Assembly (NCBI GenBank): GCA_036768735.1
Contig: DAIPML010000002.1
Location: 1-51,147, forward strand
Origin: Clostridiales bacterium
GTDB lineage: Bacteria; Bacillota; Clostridia; DSM-8532
DNA: 51,147 bases
Direction: 5' to 3'
Positions 1-7,664 of this stretch are shown here, one piece after another (position 1 is the first letter of the stretch; each line of letters begins with the position of its first letter). The notes under the pieces are model-generated. The model was not told where the DNA came from. It saw only the letters and a list, made by a program, of their open reading frames with translations, and did no database searches. The translations under genes were made by a program, and so were the position numbers.

Positions 1-79
1 TGGATTTAACGATGCCAACTATTTCAGCAGGGTTTTCAGAAAATACAAAGGTAAGTCACCTTCTGCCATGAAATTTTAG
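1..79 (+). CDS. AraC/XylS-family transcriptional regulator, C-terminal end only (gene starts upstream of the window)
   Basis: Frame 2 reads GFNDANYFSRVFRKYKGKSPSAMKF, then TAG at 77-79. This is the typical second HTH and tail of AraC-type regulators. Confidence 0.75.
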   Translation, partial: GFNDANYFSRVFRKYKGKSPSAMKF

Positions 80-83
80 TCAG

Positions 84-148
84 CTCGTTCAGCAGAAGCT
101 GAACATCAAGCGCTTCGGTGGGGGTCTCAGGATTTTGATGACCGAAGC
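84..148. repeat. Family G hairpin repeat, copy 1
   Basis: ctcgttcagcAGaagctgaacatc...cttcggtgggggtctc(ag)gattttgat is nearly identical to 353-396 and resembles 49129-49152. It contains the hairpins gttcagc/gctgaac and gcttcggt/accgaagc. Confidence 0.7.
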
Positions 149-196
149 AATTACAAATCTCAATTTTCACACAGCTCATAAATTTTATAAAACTGC

Positions 197-225
197 TTGC
201 ACCGAATTGAATTTTGTATTATAAT
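197..225 (+). promoter_or_regulatory. Candidate sigmaA promoter (TTGCAC-17-TATAAT) upstream of tRNA-Gln
   Basis: TTGCAC lies at 197-202 and TATAAT at 220-225, with a 17-nt spacer. The assignment to the tRNA about 240 nt downstream is an inference. Confidence 0.3.
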
Positions 226-352
226 ATATTTCGTTGCGATTACTTGGGTATAATTGATTACAAGTTAAGCGTAGCTTTTTAGGTTATTAGTAATGAGGGA
301 CCTCTGAGGTTTATCTTGGCGCTCATACAATTATGCCTGTCAAAACAGTGAA

Positions 353-460
353 CTCGTTCAGCTAAAGCTGAACATCGGGACTTCGGTGGGGGACTCTACC
401 CCCACCGAAGCAAGAATAAGGAACCCCCACTTATAGAAGTGGAGGTCTTGGAATTTTGAT
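353..460. repeat. Family G hairpin repeat, copy 2 (extended)
   Basis: It has the same 5' module as 84-128. It then forms a perfect 12-bp hairpin cttcggtggggg/cccccaccgaag (381-410), followed by gtggaggtcttggaattttgat. Confidence 0.7.
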
Positions 461-467
461 AAAATAA

Positions 468-541
468 TGCGGACTGGTGTAATGGTAGCACGAATGACTC
501 TGGCTCATTTTGTTAGGGTTCAAATCCTTAGTCCGCAGCCA
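468..541 (+). tRNA. tRNA-Gln (anticodon CUG)
   Basis: The cloverleaf was folded by hand. Acceptor TGCGGAC/GTCCGCA has a U1:A72 pair, discriminator G73 and encoded CCA. D stem is GTGT/GCAC. Anticodon stem AATGA/TCATT carries loop CTCTGGC, giving anticodon CTG. T arm is TAGGG-TTCAAAT-CCTTA. Confidence 0.9.
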
Positions 542-566
542 AAACCGGCTTTTTAGCCGGTTTTTT
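542..566 (+). terminator. Intrinsic terminator after tRNA-Gln
   Basis: Stem CCGGCT/AGCCGG with loop TTTT, followed by TTTTTT. Confidence 0.8.
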
Positions 567-602
567 GTTTTAATGTTTAGAGTGTTTGCATGGTTTCATG
601 CT

Positions 603-636
603 ATAAAAAAAACCCGGTTATCCGGGTTTTTTTTAT
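603..636. terminator. Bidirectional intrinsic terminator (serves ilvE on the minus strand)
   Basis: Perfect palindrome: an A-run, AACCCGG, loop ttat, CCGGGTT, then a T-run. It lies 14 nt beyond the ilvE stop. Confidence 0.8.
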
Positions 637-649
637 AGCAATAACAACC

Positions 650-1711
650 TTAAATTGTTTCAATCCAGTTAAATGTATCGGCAAGATTGCCATATTGAAT
701 TCCTGTCATCGTGTCGTAAAGACGTTGTGACACAGCTCCAATTTTGTTGTCATTCACAGTGATTGACCTGCCATTCCAGTTTAGTTCACCTACAGGGGAG
801 ATGACAGCTGCAGTTCCGGTACCAAAGATTTCCTTCAGTAAACCTTTTTCGTGAGCTTGATAAACCTCGTCGATTGTTATACGACGTTCGTTCATATTAT
901 AGCCCCAGGATTTTAAGAGTTCTATGGATGACTTTCTTGTAATGCCGGGAAGAATACTTCCGGTTAATTTCGGGGTTATAACTTCATCACCGATTATGAA
1001 GAACACGTTCATAGTGCCAACTTCTTCAATGTATTTCTTTTCAACACCGTCAAGCCATAGTACCTGAGTAAAGCCCTTTTTCTTCGCTTCCTCTTGCGCT
1101 TTAAGGCTTGCAGCATAATTAGCAGACGCTTTTGCTTCACCAAGACCACCCACAACAGCACGGACGTAATTAGCTTCAACATATATTTTAACCGGATTTA
1201 TGCCCTCTTTATAATATGCTCCTACGGGCCCTGTAATAATAACAAAGCTGTATGTGTCTGAAGGTCGGACACCAAGGTAAGGGTCGGTTGCAAAAACAAA
1301 AGGACGAATATATAAAGATGTGTCAGGTTCTTCCGGTACCCAATCCCTGTCAATGTCAACAAGCTTTCTTATAGCTTCCACACCCAAAGCTTCATCTATT
1401 GTGGGTATGCACAACCTTTGGCAAGAGGTATTAAGTCGACGAATATTCTCGAGAGGTCTAAACAGATTGACTTTTTTATCCGTTGTTTTATATGCTTTTA
1501 GACCTTCAAAAATGCTCTGCCCGTAATGAAAAGTCATAAGCGCAGGAGATATGGGAAGATTCTGATATGGAATTATGCGAGAGTTATGCCAACCCTTATC
1601 AGGTGCATAGTCGCAAACAAACATATGATCAGAAAAAGTAGATCCAAAGACAAGATGTTCGCTCGCTGGCTTTTGTTTGGGGTTTTTTGATTTTTCAACA
1701 GAAATTGTCAT
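650..1711 (-). CDS. ilvE: Branched-chain amino acid aminotransferase
   Basis: 353-aa ORF with fold-type IV aminotransferase motifs (FEGLKAYK, GGLGEAKASANYAASL, EVGTMNVFF, LPGITR). Confidence 0.92.
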   Translation of the reverse strand: MTISVEKSKNPKQKPASEHLVFGSTFSDHMFVCDYAPDKGWHNSRIIPYQNLPISPALMTFHYGQSIFEGLKAYKTTDKKVNLFRPLENIRRLNTSCQRLCIPTIDEALGVEAIRKLVDIDRDWVPEEPDTSLYIRPFVFATDPYLGVRPSDTYSFVIITGPVGAYYKEGINPVKIYVEANYVRAVVGGLGEAKASANYAASLKAQEEAKKKGFTQVLWLDGVEKKYIEEVGTMNVFFIIGDEVITPKLTGSILPGITRKSSIELLKSWGYNMNERRITIDEVYQAHEKGLLKEIFGTGTAAVISPVGELNWNGRSITVNDNKIGAVSQRLYDTMTGIQYGNLADTFNWIETI

Positions 1712-1774
1712 TTATAATCACGCTCCTATTTAAATAATTGCACTTTGTATTGGATACCATAAAAAATAATATAT

Positions 1775-1840
1775 GCTGCAACTTCCTGCAGGTAAACCTG
1801 AAAGAAAAAGTCGTTTCACGACTTTCTGGGAAGCAATCAT
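1775..1840. repeat. Family B repeat, right-hand module only
   Basis: gctgcaacttcctgcaggtaaacctgaaagaaaaagtcgtttcacgactttctgggaagcaatcat is nearly identical to 47120-47185. The core hairpin is gaaaaagtcg/cgactttct. Confidence 0.8.
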
Positions 1841-2142
1841 AATATAGTTACAATTTATGTATTATTGGTATCACTGTTAAAAGCCGCATATTGACTTTAT
1901 TACTGTGATAAATAATAATGTTTACCGGAACTCAATAGCAATCTTCAATATATGTAGGGTTCGGTTCTTATTGTGAAACAACAAAGTTACACACACAAGT
2001 TTCCAGAACCCATTAGCAATATCAGTTTGCATTAATGGTGGGGAACATTATTCTAAGTATTCTATCACAACTGCCATGAGGCTGTAAACAAAATCTTGCA
2101 TAGAAATATTAAGTTTGGTATGATACCACAAGGAGGTTATTT

Positions 2143-2634
2143 ATGGGTAAGGGTTTGCAACCTGATCTTTTTGTGAAATCGATATTTTCACTAGATATAA
2201 GCTGGCTTAAGAACAGAGGGATTAAAGGTGTTCTTCTTGATATAGATAATACACTTATAACGCATAAGCAAAAAATACCTGATGAAAAGGTTATTGAGTT
2301 AATAAAATTTTTTCAGGATAATGGTATTCAAGCAGCCATTGTTTCTAATGCAACAAAAAGACGTGTAGATGTATTTAATGAAAAACTTGGTTTATATGCC
2401 CGTTACCGTGCGTTTAAACCATCAGCCAGAGGTTTTCACAAAGCAATGTCAAAGTTGAAATTAATCCCATCAGAAACAGCTGTCATTGGGGATCAGCTTT
2501 TTACTGACATCCGGGGGGGTAATAAATTAGGTTTAACAACGATTCTTGTTGAGCCTCTTGATGAAAATGAGCCTGTTTCTGTCCGCATAAAAAGAATTTT
2601 TGAAAAATTATTTGTAAAGAAAAAACCTATATAA
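2143..2634 (+). CDS. yqeG: YqeG-family HAD-IIIA phosphatase
   Basis: 163 aa with HAD motif I DIDNTL and the downstream motif GDQLFTDI. AGGAGG lies 6 nt upstream of the ATG. A shikimate-dehydrogenase-like gene follows shortly downstream, comparable to the Bacillus yqeG cluster, which also contains a shikimate dehydrogenase gene. Confidence 0.85.
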   Translation: MGKGLQPDLFVKSIFSLDISWLKNRGIKGVLLDIDNTLITHKQKIPDEKVIELIKFFQDNGIQAAIVSNATKRRVDVFNEKLGLYARYRAFKPSARGFHKAMSKLKLIPSETAVIGDQLFTDIRGGNKLGLTTILVEPLDENEPVSVRIKRIFEKLFVKKKPI

Positions 2635-2718
2635 AAAAATACTATATAAAAAATTACTATATAAGAGAAAACCTATGAACCTATATTGATATAGATATTA
2701 GGAGTGGGGGAATGCAAA

Positions 2719-3603
2719 ATGCCGGAGCTAAATATTGACGGTAGAACCTCTTTGTATGCGCTAGCAGGGAAGTACATAGGTTTTTCGCCGATTCCGGGTT
2801 TTTTAAATACAATTATTAGCTTTATGGGTTATAATTCAATAATGATGCCATTTGATACTAATCATTACGATGTTCACATGGTTTTGGACGCTTTGCAAAT
2901 TTTAAACTGCAAAGGGATATATATAGACACGCCCCACAGGTGTGATCTGGACGGAATTTTAAGTACGCAGACTGAAGAAGCCCGCATTAGTGGTGCAGTT
3001 AACGTTGTTCGAACAGACGGAAGAGGATACTGTGGCAACAATACCGAAATAAAAGCATTTCAAAAAGCATTTCCTTTGATTTCCGGCGATGAGCTTGCCG
3101 GAAAAGAAATTTTTCTTATAGGATCTGGAGGTATAGCAAGATCAATCGCAGTTGCATGTGTATATGAATCATGCAAAAGGCTCACTATAATCAATCGTAC
3201 ACAGGAAAAATCAAAGCAATTGTGCGAAAGAATAAATGAACGCTTTGGAAATGTTTCAATGGCTGCTGATGTTAACGAATCTGAAACCATACATAGTTTT
3301 TATAATGCTGATATTATTATAAATGCCACATCTGTTGGTATGTTTCCGGATATAGACAAGCATTCATTACCTGAAAATTATAATTTCTTACCACATCATC
3401 TTGTATTTGATGTGATATACAGCCCTCCTCAGACGAAATTTATACAGCTTGCCGCTAATAAATGCTGCAGAGCGGTAAACGGTAAAGATATTATGTTTTA
3501 CAGTTGCATAGAAGCTTTCCAATGGTGGACAAATGTCAAAATTGACGAAGAAGCTGAAAATAAACTATTTCACCTTTGGAAAGAAATGATATATAATATA
3601 TGA
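2719..3603 (+). CDS. Shikimate dehydrogenase-family paralog with non-canonical active-site residues
   Basis: Rossmann motifs GSGGIARSI, NRTQEKSKQL, DIIINATSVGM and FDVIYSPPQT align to AroE. The canonical NVTxPxK is YIDTPHR and NTD is NTE. Start chosen at ATG 2719 (GGGGGA 7 nt upstream); the ORF opens at GTG 2704. Confidence 0.75.
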   Translation: MPELNIDGRTSLYALAGKYIGFSPIPGFLNTIISFMGYNSIMMPFDTNHYDVHMVLDALQILNCKGIYIDTPHRCDLDGILSTQTEEARISGAVNVVRTDGRGYCGNNTEIKAFQKAFPLISGDELAGKEIFLIGSGGIARSIAVACVYESCKRLTIINRTQEKSKQLCERINERFGNVSMAADVNESETIHSFYNADIIINATSVGMFPDIDKHSLPENYNFLPHHLVFDVIYSPPQTKFIQLAANKCCRAVNGKDIMFYSCIEAFQWWTNVKIDEEAENKLFHLWKEMIYNI

Positions 3604-3606
3604 CAA

Positions 3607-3629
3607 GAGGTGGGGTCCATCTAAGCCTC
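3607..3629 (+). repeat. Short palindromic module gaggtggggtccatctaagcctc
   Basis: The same module occurs at 14197-14218. Its reverse complement occurs at 37143-37164 and 50955-50977, at the 5' end of family A copies. Confidence 0.65.
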
Positions 3630-3656
3630 GTTATAAAACAGAGGGAGAGGTTTAAT

Positions 3657-3932
3657 ATGATTATTAAAAACTATATGGAGGAAATTGTCTACAACAGCAT
3701 TGATGAAATTTTGACAGATATCAATATGTGTAAATGTGAGAGATGCATCAGTGATATAGCCGCAAAAGCTTTAAATTATCTGCCTCCCCAGTATGTTGTA
3801 ACAAAAAAGGGTGAGGTCTACTCGAAAATTAATAATCTAAAGATGCAATTTGAAGTTGATGTTATTTCAGCAATAACAAAAGCTGCAATTCTGGTGAAAA
3901 GAAATCCGCGCCATGACATGAATATTGAATAA
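3657..3932 (+). CDS. ComFB-family protein (late competence development protein ComFB domain)
   Basis: 91 aa with the ComFB pattern MCKCERCISDIAAKALNYLPPQYV. Start at ATG 3657 with GAGGGAGAGG upstream; the 5' extension to 3600 runs through a repeat module. Confidence 0.7.
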   Translation: MIIKNYMEEIVYNSIDEILTDINMCKCERCISDIAAKALNYLPPQYVVTKKGEVYSKINNLKMQFEVDVISAITKAAILVKRNPRHDMNIE

Positions 3933-4123
3933 CGCTCACAATACGTTGCATACTTTAATGCATGTCATATTTTCACAATAACATTAGACTTGAAGCAGAA
4001 CTGCTACATACGAGGTAAAGCACCTAAGAAACCCCAATTTATATGTTGAGGTTTATGGTGCTTTACTCTATTCGTGGTAACCCATATTATGTTCTAAGCA
4101 TATACTGTCTATGTATCCGGAAC

Positions 4124-4909
4124 ATGGGGGAGATTCTTTTGCTACCTGCTGTACAAGTTGAAAACATTTCGAAAAAATACCATACAACATATGGGGAAAT
4201 CGCTGCTCTTGCTGATATATCTTTTAACGTTTCCGAGGGTGAATTTGTAGGAATTGTTGGTCCAAGTGGGTGTGGCAAGTCAACCCTATTGTCAATAATA
4301 GCCGGTCTATTAAAGCCCTCAAAAGGGAAAATATCTGTTTTTGGAGAGCCTTTAGAAGGGGTTAGCCCAAGAGTTGGTTATATGCTTCAAAGAGACAGTC
4401 TGTTTGAGTGGCGTACAATTTATAAGAATGTTATTCTTGGTCTGGAAATTCAAAATCGGGTTACAGCGGATGATATCAATCATGTGGAAGCATTGCTGAA
4501 AAAATATGATTTGTATATGTTTAAAAATCATTATCCGTCACAGTTATCCGGTGGAATGCGTCAAAGAGCAGCATTAATTCGTACTTTGGCTGTGAAACCT
4601 GATATTCTGCTCTTGGATGAAGCATTTTCCGCTCTAGATTATCAAACCAGGCTTGCTGTTAATGATGATATTTATAAAATAATTAAAAGTGAAAACAAAA
4701 CAGCAATAATGGTAACTCACGATATTTCAGAAGCTATAAGCATGTCAGAACGTCTATATGTATTATCAAAACGCCCCGGTAGAATTAAGCTGTGCGAGGA
4801 CATTAACTTTAAAATGGATAAAAGAACACCGTTGTCATCCCGGGAAGCTCCTGAATTTCGAGGATATTTCAACAAAATATGGAGGGAGTTGGACGTACAT
4901 GTCTCTTGA
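4124..4909 (+). CDS. ABC transporter ATP-binding protein, NitT/TauT (SsuB/TauB-like) family
   Basis: Walker A GPSGCGKST, signature LSGGMRQR, Walker B LLLDEAFSALD. The start is uncertain: ATG 4124, or TTG 4139 with GGGGGAG upstream. The track start at 4043 is unlikely. Confidence 0.85.
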   Translation: MGEILLLPAVQVENISKKYHTTYGEIAALADISFNVSEGEFVGIVGPSGCGKSTLLSIIAGLLKPSKGKISVFGEPLEGVSPRVGYMLQRDSLFEWRTIYKNVILGLEIQNRVTADDINHVEALLKKYDLYMFKNHYPSQLSGGMRQRAALIRTLAVKPDILLLDEAFSALDYQTRLAVNDDIYKIIKSENKTAIMVTHDISEAISMSERLYVLSKRPGRIKLCEDINFKMDKRTPLSSREAPEFRGYFNKIWRELDVHVS

Positions 4910-5702
4910 AAAAACATCTGCAGAACAAATGCAGTATTTAAAAAAGATAAAAAGGCGAAAATGCATAATCCTGTTATTAAGAATATTGGTGCTTGTTATA
5001 TTAATCTCTGTCTGGGAGATTGCGACGCAAGCCCAATGGATGGATTCATTTATATTTAGCAGCCCTTCAAGGATTGTGGATACCTTTTTCAGACTATATA
5101 GCGATGGAAGTATTTGGACTCATGTATGGACCACTTTGTGGGAAACGGTTGTTGGGTTTTTATTGGGCACAATATTTGGGATATTAATAGCCATAATCTT
5201 ATGGGTTTCTGAAACATGCTCAAAAGTATTGGAACCCTATCTTGTTGTAGGAAATGCACTGCCCAAAATTGCTCTTGGACCGGTTTTTATTGTTTGGCTG
5301 GGAGCAGGCTCAACTTCAATTATAGCAGTTGCTGTAAGTGTATCTCTTATTGTAACGGTTCTTGAGGTATATACCGGATTTAAAGAGGCTGATCCTGAAA
5401 AAATCAGATTAGTTAGAAGCTTTGGTGCTACTAAAAGGCAAGTAATGGAAAAGGTAATTCTACCATCGTCATTCCCTGTAATGATGAACGCTTTAAAGGT
5501 TAATGTTGGCCTTTCATGGGTTGGAGTTATTGTAGGTGAGTTCCTTGTTTCAAGAGCTGGCCTTGGATATCTGATTGTATACGGAGGTCAGGTGTTTCAA
5601 CTTGATCTTGTTATGACCAGTGTTGTGATTCTATCAATTTTGGCAGCCCTGATGTATTTTGGAGTACAGCTTCTCGGAAAGGGTATATCTTCGAAATATT
5701 AA
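4899..5702 (+). CDS. ABC transporter permease (NitT/TauT family)
   Basis: Multi-TM protein with a binding-protein-dependent permease core (GNALPKIALGPVFIVWLG). ATG 4899 overlaps the ATPase stop, and GGAGGGA lies upstream. Confidence 0.85.
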   Translation: MSLEKTSAEQMQYLKKIKRRKCIILLLRILVLVILISVWEIATQAQWMDSFIFSSPSRIVDTFFRLYSDGSIWTHVWTTLWETVVGFLLGTIFGILIAIILWVSETCSKVLEPYLVVGNALPKIALGPVFIVWLGAGSTSIIAVAVSVSLIVTVLEVYTGFKEADPEKIRLVRSFGATKRQVMEKVILPSSFPVMMNALKVNVGLSWVGVIVGEFLVSRAGLGYLIVYGGQVFQLDLVMTSVVILSILAALMYFGVQLLGKGISSKY

Positions 5703-5724
5703 TTTTATGAAGGAGGATTGTTTT

Positions 5725-6714
5725 ATGAAACTGGTTCGCTTTATTTTAGTCTCTTTAATTATCATAATGCTGGTTTTACCAGGCTGCGGAACAAAAGAGT
5801 TAAAAGAAATAACATTATGTGAGGTTACCCATTCTATTTTTTATGCCCCACAGTATGCTGCAATAAGTAAAGGATTTTTTGAGGAGGAAGGATTAAAAGT
5901 TACATTAGTAAACGGTGCAGGTGCGGATAAGGTAATGACAGCAGTATTGTCCGGCCAGGCAGACATAGGCTTTTCAGGTCCGGAAGCTTGTGTTTATGTA
6001 TACAATGAGGGCAAGGAGGACTTTGGTGTTGTTTTTGCTCAGCTGACAAAAAGAGATGGATCGTTTTTTGTTGCCAGAGAGCCAATGCCGGATTTCAAAT
6101 GGGAAGATGTAAGAGGAAAGTACATAATAGGTGGAAGAAAGGGCGGAGTTCCGGAGATGACTCTGGAATATGTTCTAAGGCAGAATAAAGTAATTCCGGG
6201 TGTGGATGTTGAGGTTGATACATCAATACAGTTTGCACTAATGGGAGGAGCTTTTATATCAGGTCAGGGTGATTTTGTAACATTGTTTGAGCCTGTTGCG
6301 TCAAGCCTTGAAAGAGAAGGTAAGGGTTATATTGTTGCATCCATCGGTGCTGAGAGTGGTGAAATACCTTACACCGCATATTATGCGAAAAGAAGCTACA
6401 TTAATAAAAATAAGGATGTAATTCAGGCTTTTACAAATGCAATTTATAAAGGTCAGCAATGGGTTGAAAACAGTAGTAATAAGGAAGTTGCTAAGGTTCT
6501 TTTAGAAGCTTTCCCCGAAACAGATTTGGAGTTGCTTGAAACAGTTGTTGCGCGTTATAAGGAGCAGGATACATGGAATAAAACCCCGGTAATGAAAGAA
6601 GAGGCACTACTTAGGTTGCAAGAGGTTATGAAAGAAGCAGGAGAATTAAAAAACATAGCACCGTTCAGTGAGTTAGTTGATAACAAGTTTGCAGAAGAAG
6701 CAATAAAGAAATAG
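5725..6714 (+). CDS. ABC transporter substrate-binding lipoprotein (NMT1/SsuA-like)
   Basis: Signal peptide with lipobox LVLPGC. AGGAGG lies 8 nt upstream of ATG 5725. The NMT1/THI5-like binding-protein architecture fits its position in an ATPase-permease-SBP operon. Confidence 0.8.
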   Translation: MKLVRFILVSLIIIMLVLPGCGTKELKEITLCEVTHSIFYAPQYAAISKGFFEEEGLKVTLVNGAGADKVMTAVLSGQADIGFSGPEACVYVYNEGKEDFGVVFAQLTKRDGSFFVAREPMPDFKWEDVRGKYIIGGRKGGVPEMTLEYVLRQNKVIPGVDVEVDTSIQFALMGGAFISGQGDFVTLFEPVASSLEREGKGYIVASIGAESGEIPYTAYYAKRSYINKNKDVIQAFTNAIYKGQQWVENSSNKEVAKVLLEAFPETDLELLETVVARYKEQDTWNKTPVMKEEALLRLQEVMKEAGELKNIAPFSELVDNKFAEEAIKK

Positions 6715-6730
6715 AGAGGAATGTCTGACC

Positions 6731-6752
6731 TGTAACCGGCTTGCCGGTTACA
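6731..6752 (+). terminator. Strong hairpin after the ABC operon (possible terminator, no U-tract)
   Basis: 9-bp stem TGTAACCGG/CCGGTTACA with loop CTTG, 17 nt after the stop. There is no following T-run, so its function is uncertain. Confidence 0.35.
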
Positions 6753-6837
6753 TCCAAAGAATGAAACACCTGAGTGCAGGTGTGCACCCACTGGAGCACA
6801 CCACAAGCCTCGTGAGCCCGTGGACTTTAGCTGTTAA

Positions 6838-6927
6838 CCCCACCTCTTCGCATATTTTCAACCATTCTGGTTGAAAAATGCTTGGTGACGTGTATCTGTT
6901 TCTCACAACAGGTGGTGAGTCAAAATA
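6838..6927 (+). repeat. Family A repeat, copy A1
   Basis: ccccacctcttcgcatattttcaaccattctggttgaaaaatgcttggtg...acaacaggtggtgagtcaaaat is close to 50965-51057. It includes the hairpin tttcaacc/ggttgaaa. Confidence 0.85.
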
Positions 6928-6940
6928 TAGAAATATGGGC

Positions 6941-6969
6941 TTGTAATGAGAGATTTATTATGTTAAAAT
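6941..6969 (+). promoter_or_regulatory. Candidate promoter with extended -10 (TTGTAA-17-TGtTAAAAT)
   Basis: TTGTAA at 6941-6946, TG at 6961-6962 and TAAAAT at 6964-6969. It lies upstream of the ECF S-component leader. Confidence 0.5.
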
Positions 6970-7022
6970 CAAATGACGGTTCGAAGACCGATATAAATCT
7001 TTATCACGAAGATGAAGATATT

Positions 7023-7063
7023 AGCTGCGAAAGCGATTAAATGCCTTTGGCAGCTTTTTTGTT
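7023..7063 (+). terminator. Intrinsic terminator inside the 5' leader of the ECF S-component gene (attenuator-like)
   Basis: AGCTGC(g)AAAG ... CTTT(g)GCAGCT followed by TTTTTTgTT. It lies about 55 nt after the putative promoter and about 75 nt before ATG 7137. Confidence 0.6.
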
Positions 7064-7136
7064 ATGTTTTGTATGAACAAAAAAGCGTTACTGGCAAAAC
7101 AATAAGTTAGTACATTTTCGTAAAGGGGATTCGAAC

Positions 7137-7664
7137 ATGAAGAAATTGATTTCAACAAAAGAATTGGCTTTAGGCGGCTTGTTTTTGGCCTTGGGTGTTA
7201 TTGTTCCTCAAGCATTTCATCTTGTAGGAATGACAGCAGGGCAAATATTCCTGCCAATGCACATACCTGTTATGTTTGCAGGTTTTTTTACAGGTCCATT
7301 AATAGGCTTGATTGCAGGAATCTTATCACCTGTATTAAGCTCATTGATTACCGGTATGCCTCCGGTTCCCGGATTGTATTTCATGATTTTTGAGCTGGGT
7401 GCATACGGTTTATCTGCAGGATTACTGTTTAGAAAATATAAAATAAATGTATATATTTCGTTAATATTAAGTATGCTGTTTGGACGCCTTGTATACGGGT
7501 TGGTTCTTCTTGTTGCAGTGCATGTTCTTGGAATAAGCGCTCTTTCAAAAATAAGCATTATAGGTGCAACTATCACAGGCGTTCCGGGTCTTGTCATACA
7601 GCTTGTCTTTATTCCTGCTGTTGTTTATCTTGTAGAAAGGAGACTGAAACTTGGAAGGGATTGA
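7137..7664 (+). CDS. ECF transporter S-component, substrate unknown
   Basis: 175 aa, highly hydrophobic with about 6 TM helices. It shows a small S-component/ThiW-like pattern (FLPMHIPVMFAGFFTGP ... ITGMPPVPG). No EcfA or EcfT genes are nearby. Confidence 0.7.
   Translation: MKKLISTKELALGGLFLALGVIVPQAFHLVGMTAGQIFLPMHIPVMFAGFFTGPLIGLIAGILSPVLSSLITGMPPVPGLYFMIFELGAYGLSAGLLFRKYKINVYISLILSMLFGRLVYGLVLLVAVHVLGISALSKISIIGATITGVPGLVIQLVFIPAVVYLVERRLKLGRD

Noticed and set aside
1712-2142. T-box or other leader upstream of ilvE, and a T-box upstream of aroF.
   Set aside because: There is no AGGGTGGTACCGCG-like T-box core on either strand. Part of the ilvE upstream region is a family B repeat. The TGGTATGATACCA palindrome (2116-2128) was noted, but without support for a function.
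4043-4123. Long N-terminal extensions given by the ORF track (4043, 4758, 5659, 29611, 33375, 37579, 43501, 45823, 49710, 3600, 9021, 14235).
   Set aside because: Internal starts have proper SD spacing and match the expected protein N-termini (signal peptides, P-loops and similar). The extensions overlap upstream genes or repeat modules.
6975-7010. Assigning the leader as a preQ1-I riboswitch and the S-component as QueT.
   Set aside because: A small pseudoknot can be drawn, but P1 is only 4 bp. The conserved loop and tail nucleotides I remember (UUC..., AAAAAACUA) are only loosely matched. The protein also lacks the QueT-type QFRISEAL motif. A covariance-model scan is needed.
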